Translations under genes and position numbers: made by a program | Notes under the pieces: generated by a model | Database searches by the model: none | Told to the model about the DNA's origin: nothing | The model's input: only the letters and a program-made list of their open reading frames with translations | Assembly (NCBI GenBank): GCA_036229005.1 | Contig: JAZAMN010000022.1 | Span: 20,174-84,173 of the forward strand | Source of the DNA: Myxococcota bacterium | GTDB taxonomy: Bacteria > Myxococcota_A > UBA796 > CAJQPC01 | Reading direction: 5' to 3' | Length of the DNA: 64,000 bases | Shown here: piece after piece, positions 1 to 9,594 of the stretch | Layout of the letters: the number at the start of each line of letters is the position of its first letter | Numbering within the stretch: the stretch's first letter is position 1

Positions 1-1
1 G

Positions 2-721
2 GGCCAGATGGAGTACGTGACGCCGGAGGAGATCGCCGCCCTCGTGGTCCGCGAGATCCGCGGCGCCACCACCGGCCGCGACATCATCTCCGCGCTGGAC
101 GGCGCGGTGCTGGACCCCAGCTACAAGGCCGGTCTGGTGCGCGGCGTGGCCCTGCAGGATCTGGAGGCGGTCGAGACCGCCAGCCTGATGGACAACACCG
201 GCGTGCCCAGCATCGCCCTGGGCCGCCTGGGCCCACCCGAGCTCTCCAAGCTGCTGTTCGAGGGCGCCCTGCTGCGCCACGTCTACGGCACCCTGGAGGC
301 CCTGGCCAACGACACCGCGGACGCCAAGGCCGCCGCCGAGCGCCTGCAGGACGCCCTGGAGCCCACCCAGGTGGGCACCCTGGCCCCCTCCATCGGCATC
401 CCCGTGCTGCTGGCCGACGGCGACACCCTGCTGCGCGGCCCCCGCATCAACGTGCCCGAGGTCCTGGGCCACCGCACCCAGGTCGACCTGGACGACGAGC
501 ACGTGGACACCTGGGCCGCCAAGGGCTGGGTGGACCTGCGCGCCCGCAACCTGGACCGCTGGCGCGACCGCGCCCGCCGCATGATCCAGGCCCGCACCGA
601 CCTGCGCGTCGCCGGCTCCGCCGCGGCCACCATCCAGTCCTACATGAGCAACCGCTTCGAGATCGGCGAGGTGGTGGCCTGGGTGTTCAACAATGAGATG
701 GGTGGGCACCGGGTAAAGTAG
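2..721 (+). CDS. 5'-truncated CDS; C-terminal part of a conserved protein (resembles an uncharacterised family often labelled short-chain dehydrogenase)
   Basis: Frame open from window start (GGC CAG ATG...), strong GC3 bias, stop TAG at 719-721; family call from recalled similarity of GQMEYVTPEEIA...TGRDIISALD only. Confidence 0.5.
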   Translation, partial: GQMEYVTPEEIAALVVREIRGATTGRDIISALDGAVLDPSYKAGLVRGVALQDLEAVETASLMDNTGVPSIALGRLGPPELSKLLFEGALLRHVYGTLEALANDTADAKAAAERLQDALEPTQVGTLAPSIGIPVLLADGDTLLRGPRINVPEVLGHRTQVDLDDEHVDTWAAKGWVDLRARNLDRWRDRARRMIQARTDLRVAGSAAATIQSYMSNRFEIGEVVAWVFNNEMGGHRVK

Positions 722-729
722 CTGCCCTG

Positions 730-1143
730 ATGCTCTCCCTTGTTCTGCCCCTGCTCCTTGCCTGCAGAAGCCCCGAAGACACCGCGAGCGAAGGCTGCTC
801 TTCCCCTGAAGTGGCCCGCACGAACTGGGCCCTTGGGCAGTGTCAGTGGTACGCGTGCTTCTATGGGGAGGGCGAGATGTTCGAGGGAGAGTCCTTTGAC
901 CAGGAGCGCTGCATCCAGGACGAGCTGGTGCGTTTCGACCGGCTCTCGGAAGGCCTCTGCGTCGATGTCTGTGCGGTAGACGACATCAACGAGCGCTTCC
1001 TTGGCTACCACAGCGAGCTGGGTTGCGATCACCTGCCTGGCCCCAAGAGCTACGGCTTCTACGCCTGCGAAGAGACGCCCCCCTCCGAGCGCGAGGGCTA
1101 CGAGGACTACATGGAGTGCGCGTGCTCGGGGTGCTGCGTGTGA
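730..1143 (+). CDS. Cys-rich lipoprotein, tandem paralog 1
   Basis: MLSLVLPLLLAC lipobox; 13 Cys; near-duplicate immediately downstream. Confidence 0.8.
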   Translation: MLSLVLPLLLACRSPEDTASEGCSSPEVARTNWALGQCQWYACFYGEGEMFEGESFDQERCIQDELVRFDRLSEGLCVDVCAVDDINERFLGYHSELGCDHLPGPKSYGFYACEETPPSEREGYEDYMECACSGCCV

Positions 1144-1201
1144 TGGGATTGGGGCTCCTGAGTCTGCCCATCACAGGCAAGGTCTTCTGCGAGGAGACCT
1201 G

Positions 1202-1603
1202 ATGCTCTCCCTTGTCCTGCCCCTGCTCTTTGCCTGCAGAAGCCCCGAAGACACCGCAAGCGACGGCTGCTCTTCACCGGAGATGGCCCGCACGAACTGG
1301 GCCCTTGGGCAGTGTCAGTGGTACGAATGCCACTATGACCAGGACGGCGTGGCATTCGACCAAGAGCGCTGCATCGAAGACGAGCTCTTCAGCTACGATC
1401 ACTTGGCCGAAGGCCTCTGCATCGACACCTGCACGGTAGACGACATCAACGAACGCTTCCTTGGCTACCACGGAGAGCTGGGCTGCGATCACCGGCCAGG
1501 CCCCAGCAGCTACGGCTTCTACGCCTGCGAGGAGACGCCCCCCTCCAAGCGAGACGGCTACGAGGAGTACATGGAGTGCGAGTGCACGGGCTGCTGCGTG
1601 TGA
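1202..1603 (+). CDS. Cys-rich lipoprotein, tandem paralog 2
   Basis: GAGGAG RBS before ATG 1202; MLSLVLPLLFAC lipobox; all 13 Cys shared with 730..1143. Confidence 0.8.
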   Translation: MLSLVLPLLFACRSPEDTASDGCSSPEMARTNWALGQCQWYECHYDQDGVAFDQERCIEDELFSYDHLAEGLCIDTCTVDDINERFLGYHGELGCDHRPGPSSYGFYACEETPPSKRDGYEEYMECECTGCCV

Positions 1604-1756
1604 TGGGATGGGTGTGTAGGCCCCTGTAGTGCTTCACACCGACCGCAAACCGAGAAAACCGGATCCACCGAATCGAGTCGTCCTGCTCCCGGCTGCTCCG
1701 CGACGAGCGCAGGACAAGCCCAGCCTGACCTCGCTGGTGGAGGGGGTGCACAGAGT

Positions 1757-1786
1757 GAGAAAGCCCCCGGGGTGACCCGGGGGCTT
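1757..1786 (-). terminator. Probable intrinsic terminator hairpin
   Basis: AAGCCCCCGGG-GTGA-CCCGGGGGCTT perfect 11-bp stem, 40 bp after the stop of the minus-strand Fe-S gene. Confidence 0.65.
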
Positions 1787-1825
1787 GCTTGTGCTCAGAG
1801 GCTCAAAAGGTGAGCCAACCAGCTC

Positions 1826-3769
1826 CTATTTGGCCGGAGCCGGCTCCTCCTCCTTCTCCTCGGACTTGGGGGCGCCGCCCTCCAGGCGCTCGAGGAGGAT
1901 GGTGGCGATGTCGTCGACCTGGGTCTTCTCGTCCTTGGCGACGGCCAGCATGCGGTGGCAGCCGGAGCAGCCGGTGACGATGCGGTCCTTCTTGGTGTCC
2001 TCCATGATCTGCGCGAAGCGGTTCTTGGAGACCTTGGCGGGGCTGTCCCACAGGAAGCCGCCGCCGCCGCCGCCGCAGCAGCTCGGGACGTCGGGGTCCT
2101 TGCCGGCGGTCAGGCCGGTGACGCCCGCGGTGGACAACAGACCGTCGAAGATGGCGGTCTCGTCGTTGTGGATGGTCTTGCAGGGGTGGTGGACAGCGAC
2201 GGTCTCGGCGCTGGCATTGACCTTGAGCTTGCCCTGGGCGACCAGGTCGGTGAGCAGCTTGATGTGGCTCATGACGCCGGTGAAGGGGGCCTTGCCCATC
2301 TGCTCGGCGGCGGCCGAGAGCTGCACGGAGACGTTGTCCTTGCAGTGGGGGCAGATGGTGAGGATCTTCTTGCTGTGGTCCTCCTCGAAGACGTCGGAGA
2401 GCTCTTCCACCTTCTCGATCTTGTAGAAGGGCCAGTCCTCGAAGACGCCGCCGCCGTGCAGCAGGCCCTCGCCCCAGCAGGTCTCGTCCTCGAGCACGCC
2501 GTACTTGACGCCGGCAGCCTCGAGCAGGCGGGCGGTGGCGACCACGACGGGGCGGACGTCCGGGCTGTAGGAGCCCTGGCAGCCCAGGATGAAGAGGATG
2601 TCGTGCTCTTCGGCGTCGTAGAAGGGGATGTTGTTGGCCTCGATGAACTCGTTCCGGTCATCCGAGTCCGCGGCGAAGATGTTGCCGGTGCTGGAGACAG
2701 GGCTGGCGCCGGTGTCCTTGAGGGCGCGGGGCGGGTAGTGCCCGGCGGCGGTCATGCGGCTGCGGATCTCCAGGCCAGCGCGGCTGGGGCGGTTGCCCAC
2801 GGGGCAGACGTTGTCGCAGGCGCGGCACTGGGTGCAGGTGGACAGGATGTCGGGGGGCACCAGCTCGACGAAGGCCTCCTCGCCGACCTCCGGGTCGCGG
2901 AAGGAGAGGACGAAGTGGTCGCGGGGCGCCAGGCCGGCCTCAGCCGAGGGGCAGGCGTCGTTGCAGCGGCCACACTCGATGCAGGCGGCGGGGTCGAACA
3001 GCGTGTGGAAGGAGTAGTCCATCACGCCGTTGGGCATGCCGACGCGGGCCAGCTCGGCCTCGAAGTAGTCGTCGTCGGCGTCCTCGTCGCTCATGTCCAG
3101 GTCGGAGCCGGGGATGAAGCGGTCGGAGGGCAGCTCGGTCATGTGCTTGAGCACGACGTTGACCGGGCCGACAACCAGGTGGAAGTGCTTGCCGTAGGCG
3201 ATCAGGCTGGGGAAGCCGCACAGGATGAGGGTGTGGATCCACCAGTTGACCATGGCCCCGGTGTTGTCCAGGTTGTCCATGCCGGGGACGTAGCGCTCGA
3301 CCAGGTAGGTGATCATCAGGCTGCCGATGAGCAGCAGGACGATGCCCGACTCCAGCATGTGGGTGAGCTGGTTGCGCATGACGGTGTAGCGGCGGATGGC
3401 CAGCGCGATGACGCCCGAGAGGACGGCCACGGCGAAGAAGTCCAGCACGTAGTCGAAGGGGCCCAGGTGGATGGGCTCCGACAGGTTGAGCAGACCGTTG
3501 AGGATGTGGGTCACGCTCTTGGTGCCGAACATCACGAAGCCGTAGAAGACGGCAAAGTGGAAGATGCCGGCGCCGGGGCGGTTGGCGATGACCTTCTTCT
3601 GGGAGATGACCTCCCAGATGCCGGTCCAGAGGCCGGCCTGGTTGACGATCTTGATCTCACCGCGCTTGGGCCAGACGTGCTTGAGGCGACGGGTCCAGGC
3701 GATGTAGCCAGCGCTGGAGGCGCCAGCGACGATGGCCAGGACGATGAGGACGGCTTGAATGATGGCCAT
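1826..3769 (-). CDS. Membrane-bound (Fe-S)-binding oxidoreductase, HdrD/GlpC/FadF-like
   Basis: N-terminal TM helices, two CxxCxxCxxxCP ferredoxin motifs (CIECGRCNDACP, CTQCRACDNVCP), C-terminal CCG-type domains (CPHC, HHPC, CCGGGGG); start moved to MAIIQ. Confidence 0.85.
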   Translation of the reverse strand: MAIIQAVLIVLAIVAGASSAGYIAWTRRLKHVWPKRGEIKIVNQAGLWTGIWEVISQKKVIANRPGAGIFHFAVFYGFVMFGTKSVTHILNGLLNLSEPIHLGPFDYVLDFFAVAVLSGVIALAIRRYTVMRNQLTHMLESGIVLLLIGSLMITYLVERYVPGMDNLDNTGAMVNWWIHTLILCGFPSLIAYGKHFHLVVGPVNVVLKHMTELPSDRFIPGSDLDMSDEDADDDYFEAELARVGMPNGVMDYSFHTLFDPAACIECGRCNDACPSAEAGLAPRDHFVLSFRDPEVGEEAFVELVPPDILSTCTQCRACDNVCPVGNRPSRAGLEIRSRMTAAGHYPPRALKDTGASPVSSTGNIFAADSDDRNEFIEANNIPFYDAEEHDILFILGCQGSYSPDVRPVVVATARLLEAAGVKYGVLEDETCWGEGLLHGGGVFEDWPFYKIEKVEELSDVFEEDHSKKILTICPHCKDNVSVQLSAAAEQMGKAPFTGVMSHIKLLTDLVAQGKLKVNASAETVAVHHPCKTIHNDETAIFDGLLSTAGVTGLTAGKDPDVPSCCGGGGGGFLWDSPAKVSKNRFAQIMEDTKKDRIVTGCSGCHRMLAVAKDEKTQVDDIATILLERLEGGAPKSEEKEEEPAPAK

Positions 3770-3896
3770 GATCTCTTCCAGTTGGGAGGCAGCCCGCAGC
3801 GGGGCACTCAAACTGAATGGTGATTCAGTAGGACTCGGATCGCGCCCTTATCCCATTGGGCCGAAAAGGCCCATGCCATCGTATTGATAGCCGTTT

Positions 3897-4388
3897 TCAA
3901 GAGCCGCTCTCCCCCATCCTGGGCCCGTACACGGGCAGCCCTCCGGCGTTCAGACGGTCGAACACCAGGCTGGTCTCCAGGTGGGCGACCTCTTCGCGGG
4001 TGGTGAGCTGATCCAGGGCGAGATCCCGCAGGTGGTGAGCGTCCCGGACGGCCACATGCAGCACGAAGTCGGCCTTGCCGGAGATGTGGAAGGCCTGCAC
4101 GACCTCGGCGAGCCGGCCCACGTGCTCCATGAAGGCGTCGAGCTGGTCCCGGCTGTGCTGGCGGAGCTGCACAAGCACCAGGGCCTGGAGACCGACCTGC
4201 GCGGCGTCGGGATCGAGCTCGGCGTGGAAGCCGGCCAGCGCGCCCTCGTCCACCAGGCGACGCACCCGTCCAAGGCAGGTGGAGGGGGCCAGGCCCACCC
4301 GCGCGGCCAGCTCCTTGTTGGAGAGGCGGGCGTCGTCGCGGAGCTGGCGGAGGATCTCGAAGTCGATTCGATCCAGGGGCGTATTCAT
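3897..4388 (-). CDS. Lrp/AsnC family transcriptional regulator
   Basis: LDRIDFEILRQLRDDARLSNKELAARVGLAPSTCLGRVRRL HTH plus C-terminal RAM domain; divergent from the PLP enzyme. Confidence 0.92.
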   Translation of the reverse strand: MNTPLDRIDFEILRQLRDDARLSNKELAARVGLAPSTCLGRVRRLVDEGALAGFHAELDPDAAQVGLQALVLVQLRQHSRDQLDAFMEHVGRLAEVVQAFHISGKADFVLHVAVRDAHHLRDLALDQLTTREEVAHLETSLVFDRLNAGGLPVYGPRMGESGS

Positions 4389-4475
4389 GGGCAAATTCCG
4401 AAGACTATTCGATTGAAGCGCGAGCCAGTTGAATCTACGCTCAAAGTATAGCCACTCTGCCGAAGGAGATTGGAA

Positions 4476-5666
4476 ATGTCTTGGGATACCCTGGCTGTCC
4501 ACGCGGGCCGCGCCGACCTCAAGTCCCTGGGGGTGCACGCCCCTCCCCTGGATCTGTCCACGACCTACCCCGTGCCGGACCGCGCCGAGGGCACCGCCTC
4601 CCTGGAGGCCCTCGCCATGGGCGAGGCCAAGGCCGACAACCCCGTCTACGCCCGGCTGCACAACCCCACCGTGGCGCGCTTCGAGGAGGGCCTGGCCGCG
4701 CTGGAGGGTGCGGACGCCGCGGTCGCCTTCGCCAGCGGCATGGCCGCGATCACCGCGATGCTCATGGCCTTCTCCCAGAAGGGGAAGCACCTGGTGGCGG
4801 TGCGCCCCCTGTACGGGGGCACGGATCACCTCCTCAACGCCGGGCTCCTGGGCATGGAGGTGAGCTGGGTGCGGCCCGATCAGGTGCGCGAGGCCATCCG
4901 TCCCGACACCGCCCTGGTGCTGGTGGAGACCCCGGCGAACCCCACCCTGGCGCTGGTCGACATCCGCGACGTGGTGGCCCAGGCCGGCGAGGTCCCGGTG
5001 TGCGTGGACTCGACCTTCGCCACCCCGGTGCTGCAGCGCCCCATGGAGCTGGGCGCGGCCCTGGTCGTGCACTCCGCCACCAAGTTCCTGGGGGGCCACG
5101 GCGACGTGCTGGCCGGGGTGGTCGCCTGCTCCGAAGAGCACGCCGCCCTGCTGCGCCAGATCCGCGTGATCACCGGCGCCGTGCTGCACCCCCTGGCCGG
5201 CTACCTGCTGCATCGGGGCCTGCAGACCCTGGCGGTGCGCGTGCGTCAGGCCCAGCAGAACGCCCAGGCCCTGGCCGAGCGGCTGGCGGGGCACCCCATG
5301 GTCCAGGCCGTGCGCTACCCCGGGCTCCCCGGCCAGGATCCCCGCGGCCTGATCGGCACGCACCCCGGCGCCCAGATGCGCGGCCCCGGCGCCATCCTGG
5401 CCTTCGAGCTGCAGAGCCTCGCCCACGCCGACCAAGTGATGCGGCGGGTGCGCCTGCTGACCCCGGCGGTGAGCCTGGGCAGCACGGACAGCCTGATCCA
5501 GCACCCCGCCGGCCTGACCCACCGCGTGATCGGCGAGGAGGCCCAGGCCGAGGGCGGGATCACCGCCGGAATGATGCGCATCTCCGTGGGCCTGGAGGAC
5601 CCGGAGGACCTCTGGCGCGACCTGGTGCAGGCCATCGAGGGCGAGCGCCTGGCGGCCGCCAAGTAG
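4476..5666 (+). CDS. PLP-dependent trans-sulfuration enzyme (methionine gamma-lyase / cystathionine gamma-synthase family)
   Basis: YARLHNPT, FASGMAA, ETPANP, DSTFATP, HSATKFLGGHGD, RISVGLED motifs; AAGGAG RBS. Confidence 0.92.
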   Translation: MSWDTLAVHAGRADLKSLGVHAPPLDLSTTYPVPDRAEGTASLEALAMGEAKADNPVYARLHNPTVARFEEGLAALEGADAAVAFASGMAAITAMLMAFSQKGKHLVAVRPLYGGTDHLLNAGLLGMEVSWVRPDQVREAIRPDTALVLVETPANPTLALVDIRDVVAQAGEVPVCVDSTFATPVLQRPMELGAALVVHSATKFLGGHGDVLAGVVACSEEHAALLRQIRVITGAVLHPLAGYLLHRGLQTLAVRVRQAQQNAQALAERLAGHPMVQAVRYPGLPGQDPRGLIGTHPGAQMRGPGAILAFELQSLAHADQVMRRVRLLTPAVSLGSTDSLIQHPAGLTHRVIGEEAQAEGGITAGMMRISVGLEDPEDLWRDLVQAIEGERLAAAK

Positions 5667-5733
5667 CGGCCCATCGGATGGAGAGCAGCCGGCCCCCCGG
5701 GGCCCTGTTGGCACCCGGACTCGGGGGGGACGG

Positions 5734-6078
5734 CTACAGGAGTCCGCCCCACTGCTGCTCGGTGTAGGCGCTGCAGGTGGCCTCGTCTGCGGAGAGATCA
5801 GCGAGGCGTTCGCTGCACATGGATTCGGTGCGGTGGGCCGCAGAGGGGTCTCCGGCCGAGATCTCCTCCTCCTCCAACACCAGCAGCTCCCAGGTCCAGA
5901 CCTCGCAGGAGGCCTGGAAGTCCTGGCCGTCGCTGTAGCCGGCGTCCTCCCAGCCCAGGCCCCAGTCCTCCAGGCAGGCGCCGTAGAGGCTCTGGGCCTC
6001 CGCGCACATCTGCAGGCAGGGCTCGGGGGCCTGGTCGGGGTGGGCCGCGCAGGCCAGCAGCGACAGCCAGATCGGCAT
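5734..6078 (-). CDS. Small Cys-rich lipoprotein
   Basis: MPIWLSLLAC lipobox; start overlaps upstream stop (TGATG). Confidence 0.7.
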   Translation of the reverse strand: MPIWLSLLACAAHPDQAPEPCLQMCAEAQSLYGACLEDWGLGWEDAGYSDGQDFQASCEVWTWELLVLEEEEISAGDPSAAHRTESMCSERLADLSADEATCSAYTEQQWGGLL

Positions 6079-7232
6079 CAGTAGAAGGCCATGGAGCTGA
6101 TGCCCAGGGTGGAGCTGATGTAGCCCCCCTCAGCGGTCAGGTCAGAGCAGCTGTTGATGTCCACGAGCATGGCGCCGCCGGCCACGCTGTTGGTCCAGTC
6201 GTAGCCCACGGAGATCCAGGCCTCGCCCTTGTTGTTGAGCCAGGGGCCGGAGCTGTAGGGCAGCTCGCCGCCGAGCTGGGTCATGGTCTCGGCGTCAGCG
6301 TCCAGGCAGTAGATCTCGGTGCCGTAGCTGGGGGTGTAGACGGTCATCAGGGCCTTGCCGGCGTCGTTCATGACCATGCCGCCGATGTCGCCGGAGACGT
6401 CGGACTCGGTCACGATGGGCTCGGAGAGCAGGCCCTCGGAGAGGCTGAGGGTGCGCAGGTCGCCGTCGGGGCTGCCGTACATGCCGGTCTGGACGAACAC
6501 CACGTCGCTGTCCTGGGGGTGGGCGCTGATGCGGGGGTTGACGCCCACCTCGTGGCTGCCGACGATGGCCTCGGTGGCGCAGTCGATCTCCAGGACCTGG
6601 CCGGGGCCGGCGCTGGCGAAGGTCTCCTGGTCCAGGATCTGGAGGGCAAGGATCAGGCGGTCGCCGTCCTTGATCATCGCGGCGGCTTCAGGCAGGCCGT
6701 CGGCGTCGGCGTAGGCGCTCAGGTCGATGGCGCCCGCGGGGTTGCCCTCGGCGGAGAAGATGGCGACCTTGTCCACGCCGTACTGGCTGACGAAGATCTT
6801 GTCGTCGCAGAAGTAGGCGGCCTGGGGGTTGGAGCCCTCGGCCAGGGAGATCTCCTGGGGGTTGGACCAGTCGCCGATGTCGTAGATGCGCAGGTAGTCG
6901 AAGCCGTAGCGGCCGAGCTGCAGGACCTTGCCCTGGTCCACGGTGACCCAGGCGTCAGAGGCGATGTCGGCCACGTCGGTGGCGTTGCGGCTGTCCAGCG
7001 CGAAGGTGGTCAGGGCGCCCACCGAGTAGTCGGTGGTGGTGGCGATGGCCATGGTGTGCTCGGGGTCGGCGTCCGCGTCGGAGTCGGAGTCGGCGTCCGA
7101 GTCGGCGTCGGCGTCGGCGTCGGCGTCGGTGTCGGCGTCAGCCTCTTCGGTGTCGCCGGTCTCCTCCAGATCGGCGGCGGGGGGGCAGCCCAGCAGGACG
7201 GCGAGGGACAGGGACAGGGCGGTGAGGGTCAT
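6078..7232 (-). CDS. Lipoprotein with acidic D-A/D-S linker and probable beta-propeller (YncE/BtuG-like)
   Basis: MTLTALSLSLAVLLGC lipobox, (DA/DS)n linker, propeller-like blades (GSNPQ, VGVNP); ATGA overlap with the TonB receptor stop. Confidence 0.75.
   Translation of the reverse strand: MTLTALSLSLAVLLGCPPAADLEETGDTEEADADTDADADADADSDADSDSDADADPEHTMAIATTTDYSVGALTTFALDSRNATDVADIASDAWVTVDQGKVLQLGRYGFDYLRIYDIGDWSNPQEISLAEGSNPQAAYFCDDKIFVSQYGVDKVAIFSAEGNPAGAIDLSAYADADGLPEAAAMIKDGDRLILALQILDQETFASAGPGQVLEIDCATEAIVGSHEVGVNPRISAHPQDSDVVFVQTGMYGSPDGDLRTLSLSEGLLSEPIVTESDVSGDIGGMVMNDAGKALMTVYTPSYGTEIYCLDADAETMTQLGGELPYSSGPWLNNKGEAWISVGYDWTNSVAGGAMLVDINSCSDLTAEGGYISSTLGISSMAFY
7065..7143. repeat. Coding hexamer repeat (GTCGGC/GTCGGA)n encoding the DADADSDAD linker
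   Basis: About 13 tandem imperfect 6-mers visible in the sequence. Confidence 0.75.
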
Positions 7233-9262
7233 GGGGTCTCCGGAGAGGGCGACCAGCGCAGGGTCAACAGGACCGTGCGGCCGGGCAGCGGATAGCCGAC
7301 AAAGTCGGTGAGTGGTTGAAGGATCAGGTTGTCGTCCTGGGGATCCAGGACGTTGCGGGCCACGGCCTCGACGCGCTGATCGCGCAGGTTGAGGACCGAG
7401 AGCTCCAGGGAGGGGAGCGCCGGCTTGGGCTGCACCCGCAGGAACACGCCGTGCAGGCTGCGGGGGGGCACCAGGTACCAGTTCGTGCGGTCCCAGTAGG
7501 ACTGGGCGCTGTAGCTCCAGGTGTGCCCCAGGCGGACGCGCTCGCCCCAGTGCACCGAGCTGACCTGGGAGAGCTCCCAGAGGGGGATGCGGGGGAGCTG
7601 GTTGTCGGCCACGGCCGGGTCGGCGGTGAGGTTCACGCTCAGGGTGCGGGTCAGGTTGGACTGCAGCGAGACCCAGCCATGGAGCTCGGCGCTCAGGGCG
7701 GCCTCGACCCCCTGCACCCACGCGCGGCCGACGTTGTGGGCCACCAGGGTCTTCTGCGAGTTCTGGCTCCAGGTGATCAGGTTCTCGCTGTTCCGCCAGT
7801 AGTGCCCCAGCTCCAGGCTGCCCTGGATGCCCCAGCTCTGGGGGCTCTGCAGGCGCGCGCCCACGTCGGCCTGCCAGCCGGACTCGGGGGAGAGATCGGG
7901 GTTGCCCACGAGCACGCCGCGGTCCCCGTAGAGCTCTCCAAAGTCGGGGGGGCGCAGATAGCGGCCCGCGCTGGCCTTGAGGATCACCCCCTGGACCGGC
8001 AGGGCAGCCACCCCGATCCGGGGGGTGAACGCCGCCAGCGAGGACACACTGGCGCTGTCCACCCACAGCCCCTGCAGCACGGGGGAGACCCGCAGGCGCT
8101 CCTTGAGCAGCCACAGGTCAGCGGAGGCGGCGGCCCCGGTGGTCCAGCGCAGGTGCTGTTCGGCCTTGGCGCCGGGGTCCATCAGGTCCTGCGCGCTGGC
8201 CTGGTCCAAGCGGCCCCACGCGGTCCCCCGCAGGATCACGCTGGGGCTGGGCGCCCAGGCCACGCTCGCCAGAGTGCCGAGCTGCTGGGTGCTGGTGCGC
8301 TGCTCCCGGGCGCCGAGCACGATCTCCCCCAGGGGGTCATCCAGGGTCTCGACGCGGAGCTGGTGCCAGGCGCGGGCGGAGAGGCTGAGCTGCCCTGTCC
8401 CTGCCTGGGCCTGCAGCCCGACCAGGTTCCGGCGGCTGTCCAGGCGGGTCTGGTAGGAGCGGGCGCCGCTGTGGCCCGCCAGCCCCTCCTCCCGGAGCAT
8501 GGGGGCCCAGAGCAGGCTGAGCTCGGCGGGGCCGACGGGGCGCTCCAGGCGCAGCAGGCCGGAGATCTGGTCGCTGTCGTTGTTCTGGCGGACCTGGAGG
8601 CGGTCGTCCATCAGCGTGTAGCGGGTGCCGCCGTCGTCGAAGTAGGAGAAGTCCCCGTCGGAGTGGAAGGCCTCCCCCAGCACGAGCACGCGGGTCTGAC
8701 CGAGCTGCCCGGCGTGGGAGGCGCCGGCCTTGCGGTATCCAAAGCTGCCCACGCTGCCGTGGACCTGGGTGCCGCGGGCGTCTCCAGGGACCAGGTTGAC
8801 CACGCCGCCGATGGGGGCCGCGCCGAGCTGGGGAGGCGGGTTGCCGCGGTAGATCTCCACCCGCTCGAAGCTGTGCAGCGGCAGCTCGCTGAGGTTGACC
8901 GCCGCGCTGCCGTCGGGGTTCAGCGGGATCCCGTCCAGGTGGATCTGCACCTGGCGGCTGCTGGAGCCCCGGATGCTGACGGTGGCGTAGTCCCCCAGGC
9001 CGCCCAGGCGGTTGACGGTGGTGCCCGAGGCGCTGTCCACGACCTGCGCGACGTCCCAGCTCGAGGGCAGGCGCTCGTCGACCTGGATGACGGTGACGGG
9101 GGCGGCGCTGCGCTGGGGATCGGCCTGCTCGCTGCGTTCACCGTGGACCTCGATGACGCCGCCGGCCTCCCCTCCCCCATCGGACGCAGCCCCATCGGAC
9201 GCACCGGTGTCTTCCTGGGCGAGCGCCAGGGAGAGCAGCAGGATGGGCGAGATGGGGGACAT
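7229..9262 (-). CDS. btuB: TonB-dependent receptor, probable cobalamin/cobinamide receptor
   Basis: Signal peptide, plug motifs (SIRGS, LDGIPLN, ERVEIYRG, GGVVNL), C-terminal GYPLPGRT; directly downstream of a cobalamin riboswitch. Confidence 0.85.
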   Translation of the reverse strand: MSPISPILLLSLALAQEDTGASDGAASDGGGEAGGVIEVHGERSEQADPQRSAAPVTVIQVDERLPSSWDVAQVVDSASGTTVNRLGGLGDYATVSIRGSSSRQVQIHLDGIPLNPDGSAAVNLSELPLHSFERVEIYRGNPPPQLGAAPIGGVVNLVPGDARGTQVHGSVGSFGYRKAGASHAGQLGQTRVLVLGEAFHSDGDFSYFDDGGTRYTLMDDRLQVRQNNDSDQISGLLRLERPVGPAELSLLWAPMLREEGLAGHSGARSYQTRLDSRRNLVGLQAQAGTGQLSLSARAWHQLRVETLDDPLGEIVLGAREQRTSTQQLGTLASVAWAPSPSVILRGTAWGRLDQASAQDLMDPGAKAEQHLRWTTGAAASADLWLLKERLRVSPVLQGLWVDSASVSSLAAFTPRIGVAALPVQGVILKASAGRYLRPPDFGELYGDRGVLVGNPDLSPESGWQADVGARLQSPQSWGIQGSLELGHYWRNSENLITWSQNSQKTLVAHNVGRAWVQGVEAALSAELHGWVSLQSNLTRTLSVNLTADPAVADNQLPRIPLWELSQVSSVHWGERVRLGHTWSYSAQSYWDRTNWYLVPPRSLHGVFLRVQPKPALPSLELSVLNLRDQRVEAVARNVLDPQDDNLILQPLTDFVGYPLPGRTVLLTLRWSPSPETP

Positions 9263-9352
9263 GTCCGGCCGGGGTCGGGGGGCACAGACAGAGGTCCACC
9301 AAGGCGGTGGTTCCTGAGCCTGTCTGCATCCCCGCAGGCAAGTTCGTGGACG

Positions 9353-9532
9353 CACGCGCAGGCCGGTCTCCTGGCTCCTGGACCCTTGGGCTGGCCTTCC
9401 CGGAGCGCGCTCCAGTGGCAGTCAGCCAAGTCGCTCCCCGGGGGGAGCCGTCCAGTCACAGTGGCGGGGGCCGCGTCGGTTTCACACCGACTTCCCGTTT
9501 CACCCAGAGCGGACTCCGGGCACCTGCGCGTG
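9353..9532 (-). ncRNA. Cobalamin riboswitch
   Basis: Minus strand reads AGGTG..AAACGGGAAGTCGGTGTGAAACCG..CCCCCGCCACTGT..GCCACTG..GGGAAGG..AGCCAGGAGACCGGCC; 10-bp closing P1 helix. Confidence 0.93.
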
Positions 9533-9594
9533 GTTCAGACGTCAAAGAAGGTGGGCGTTGTACCCCCCGACGGCCCCGATGGCAAGTACATCGG

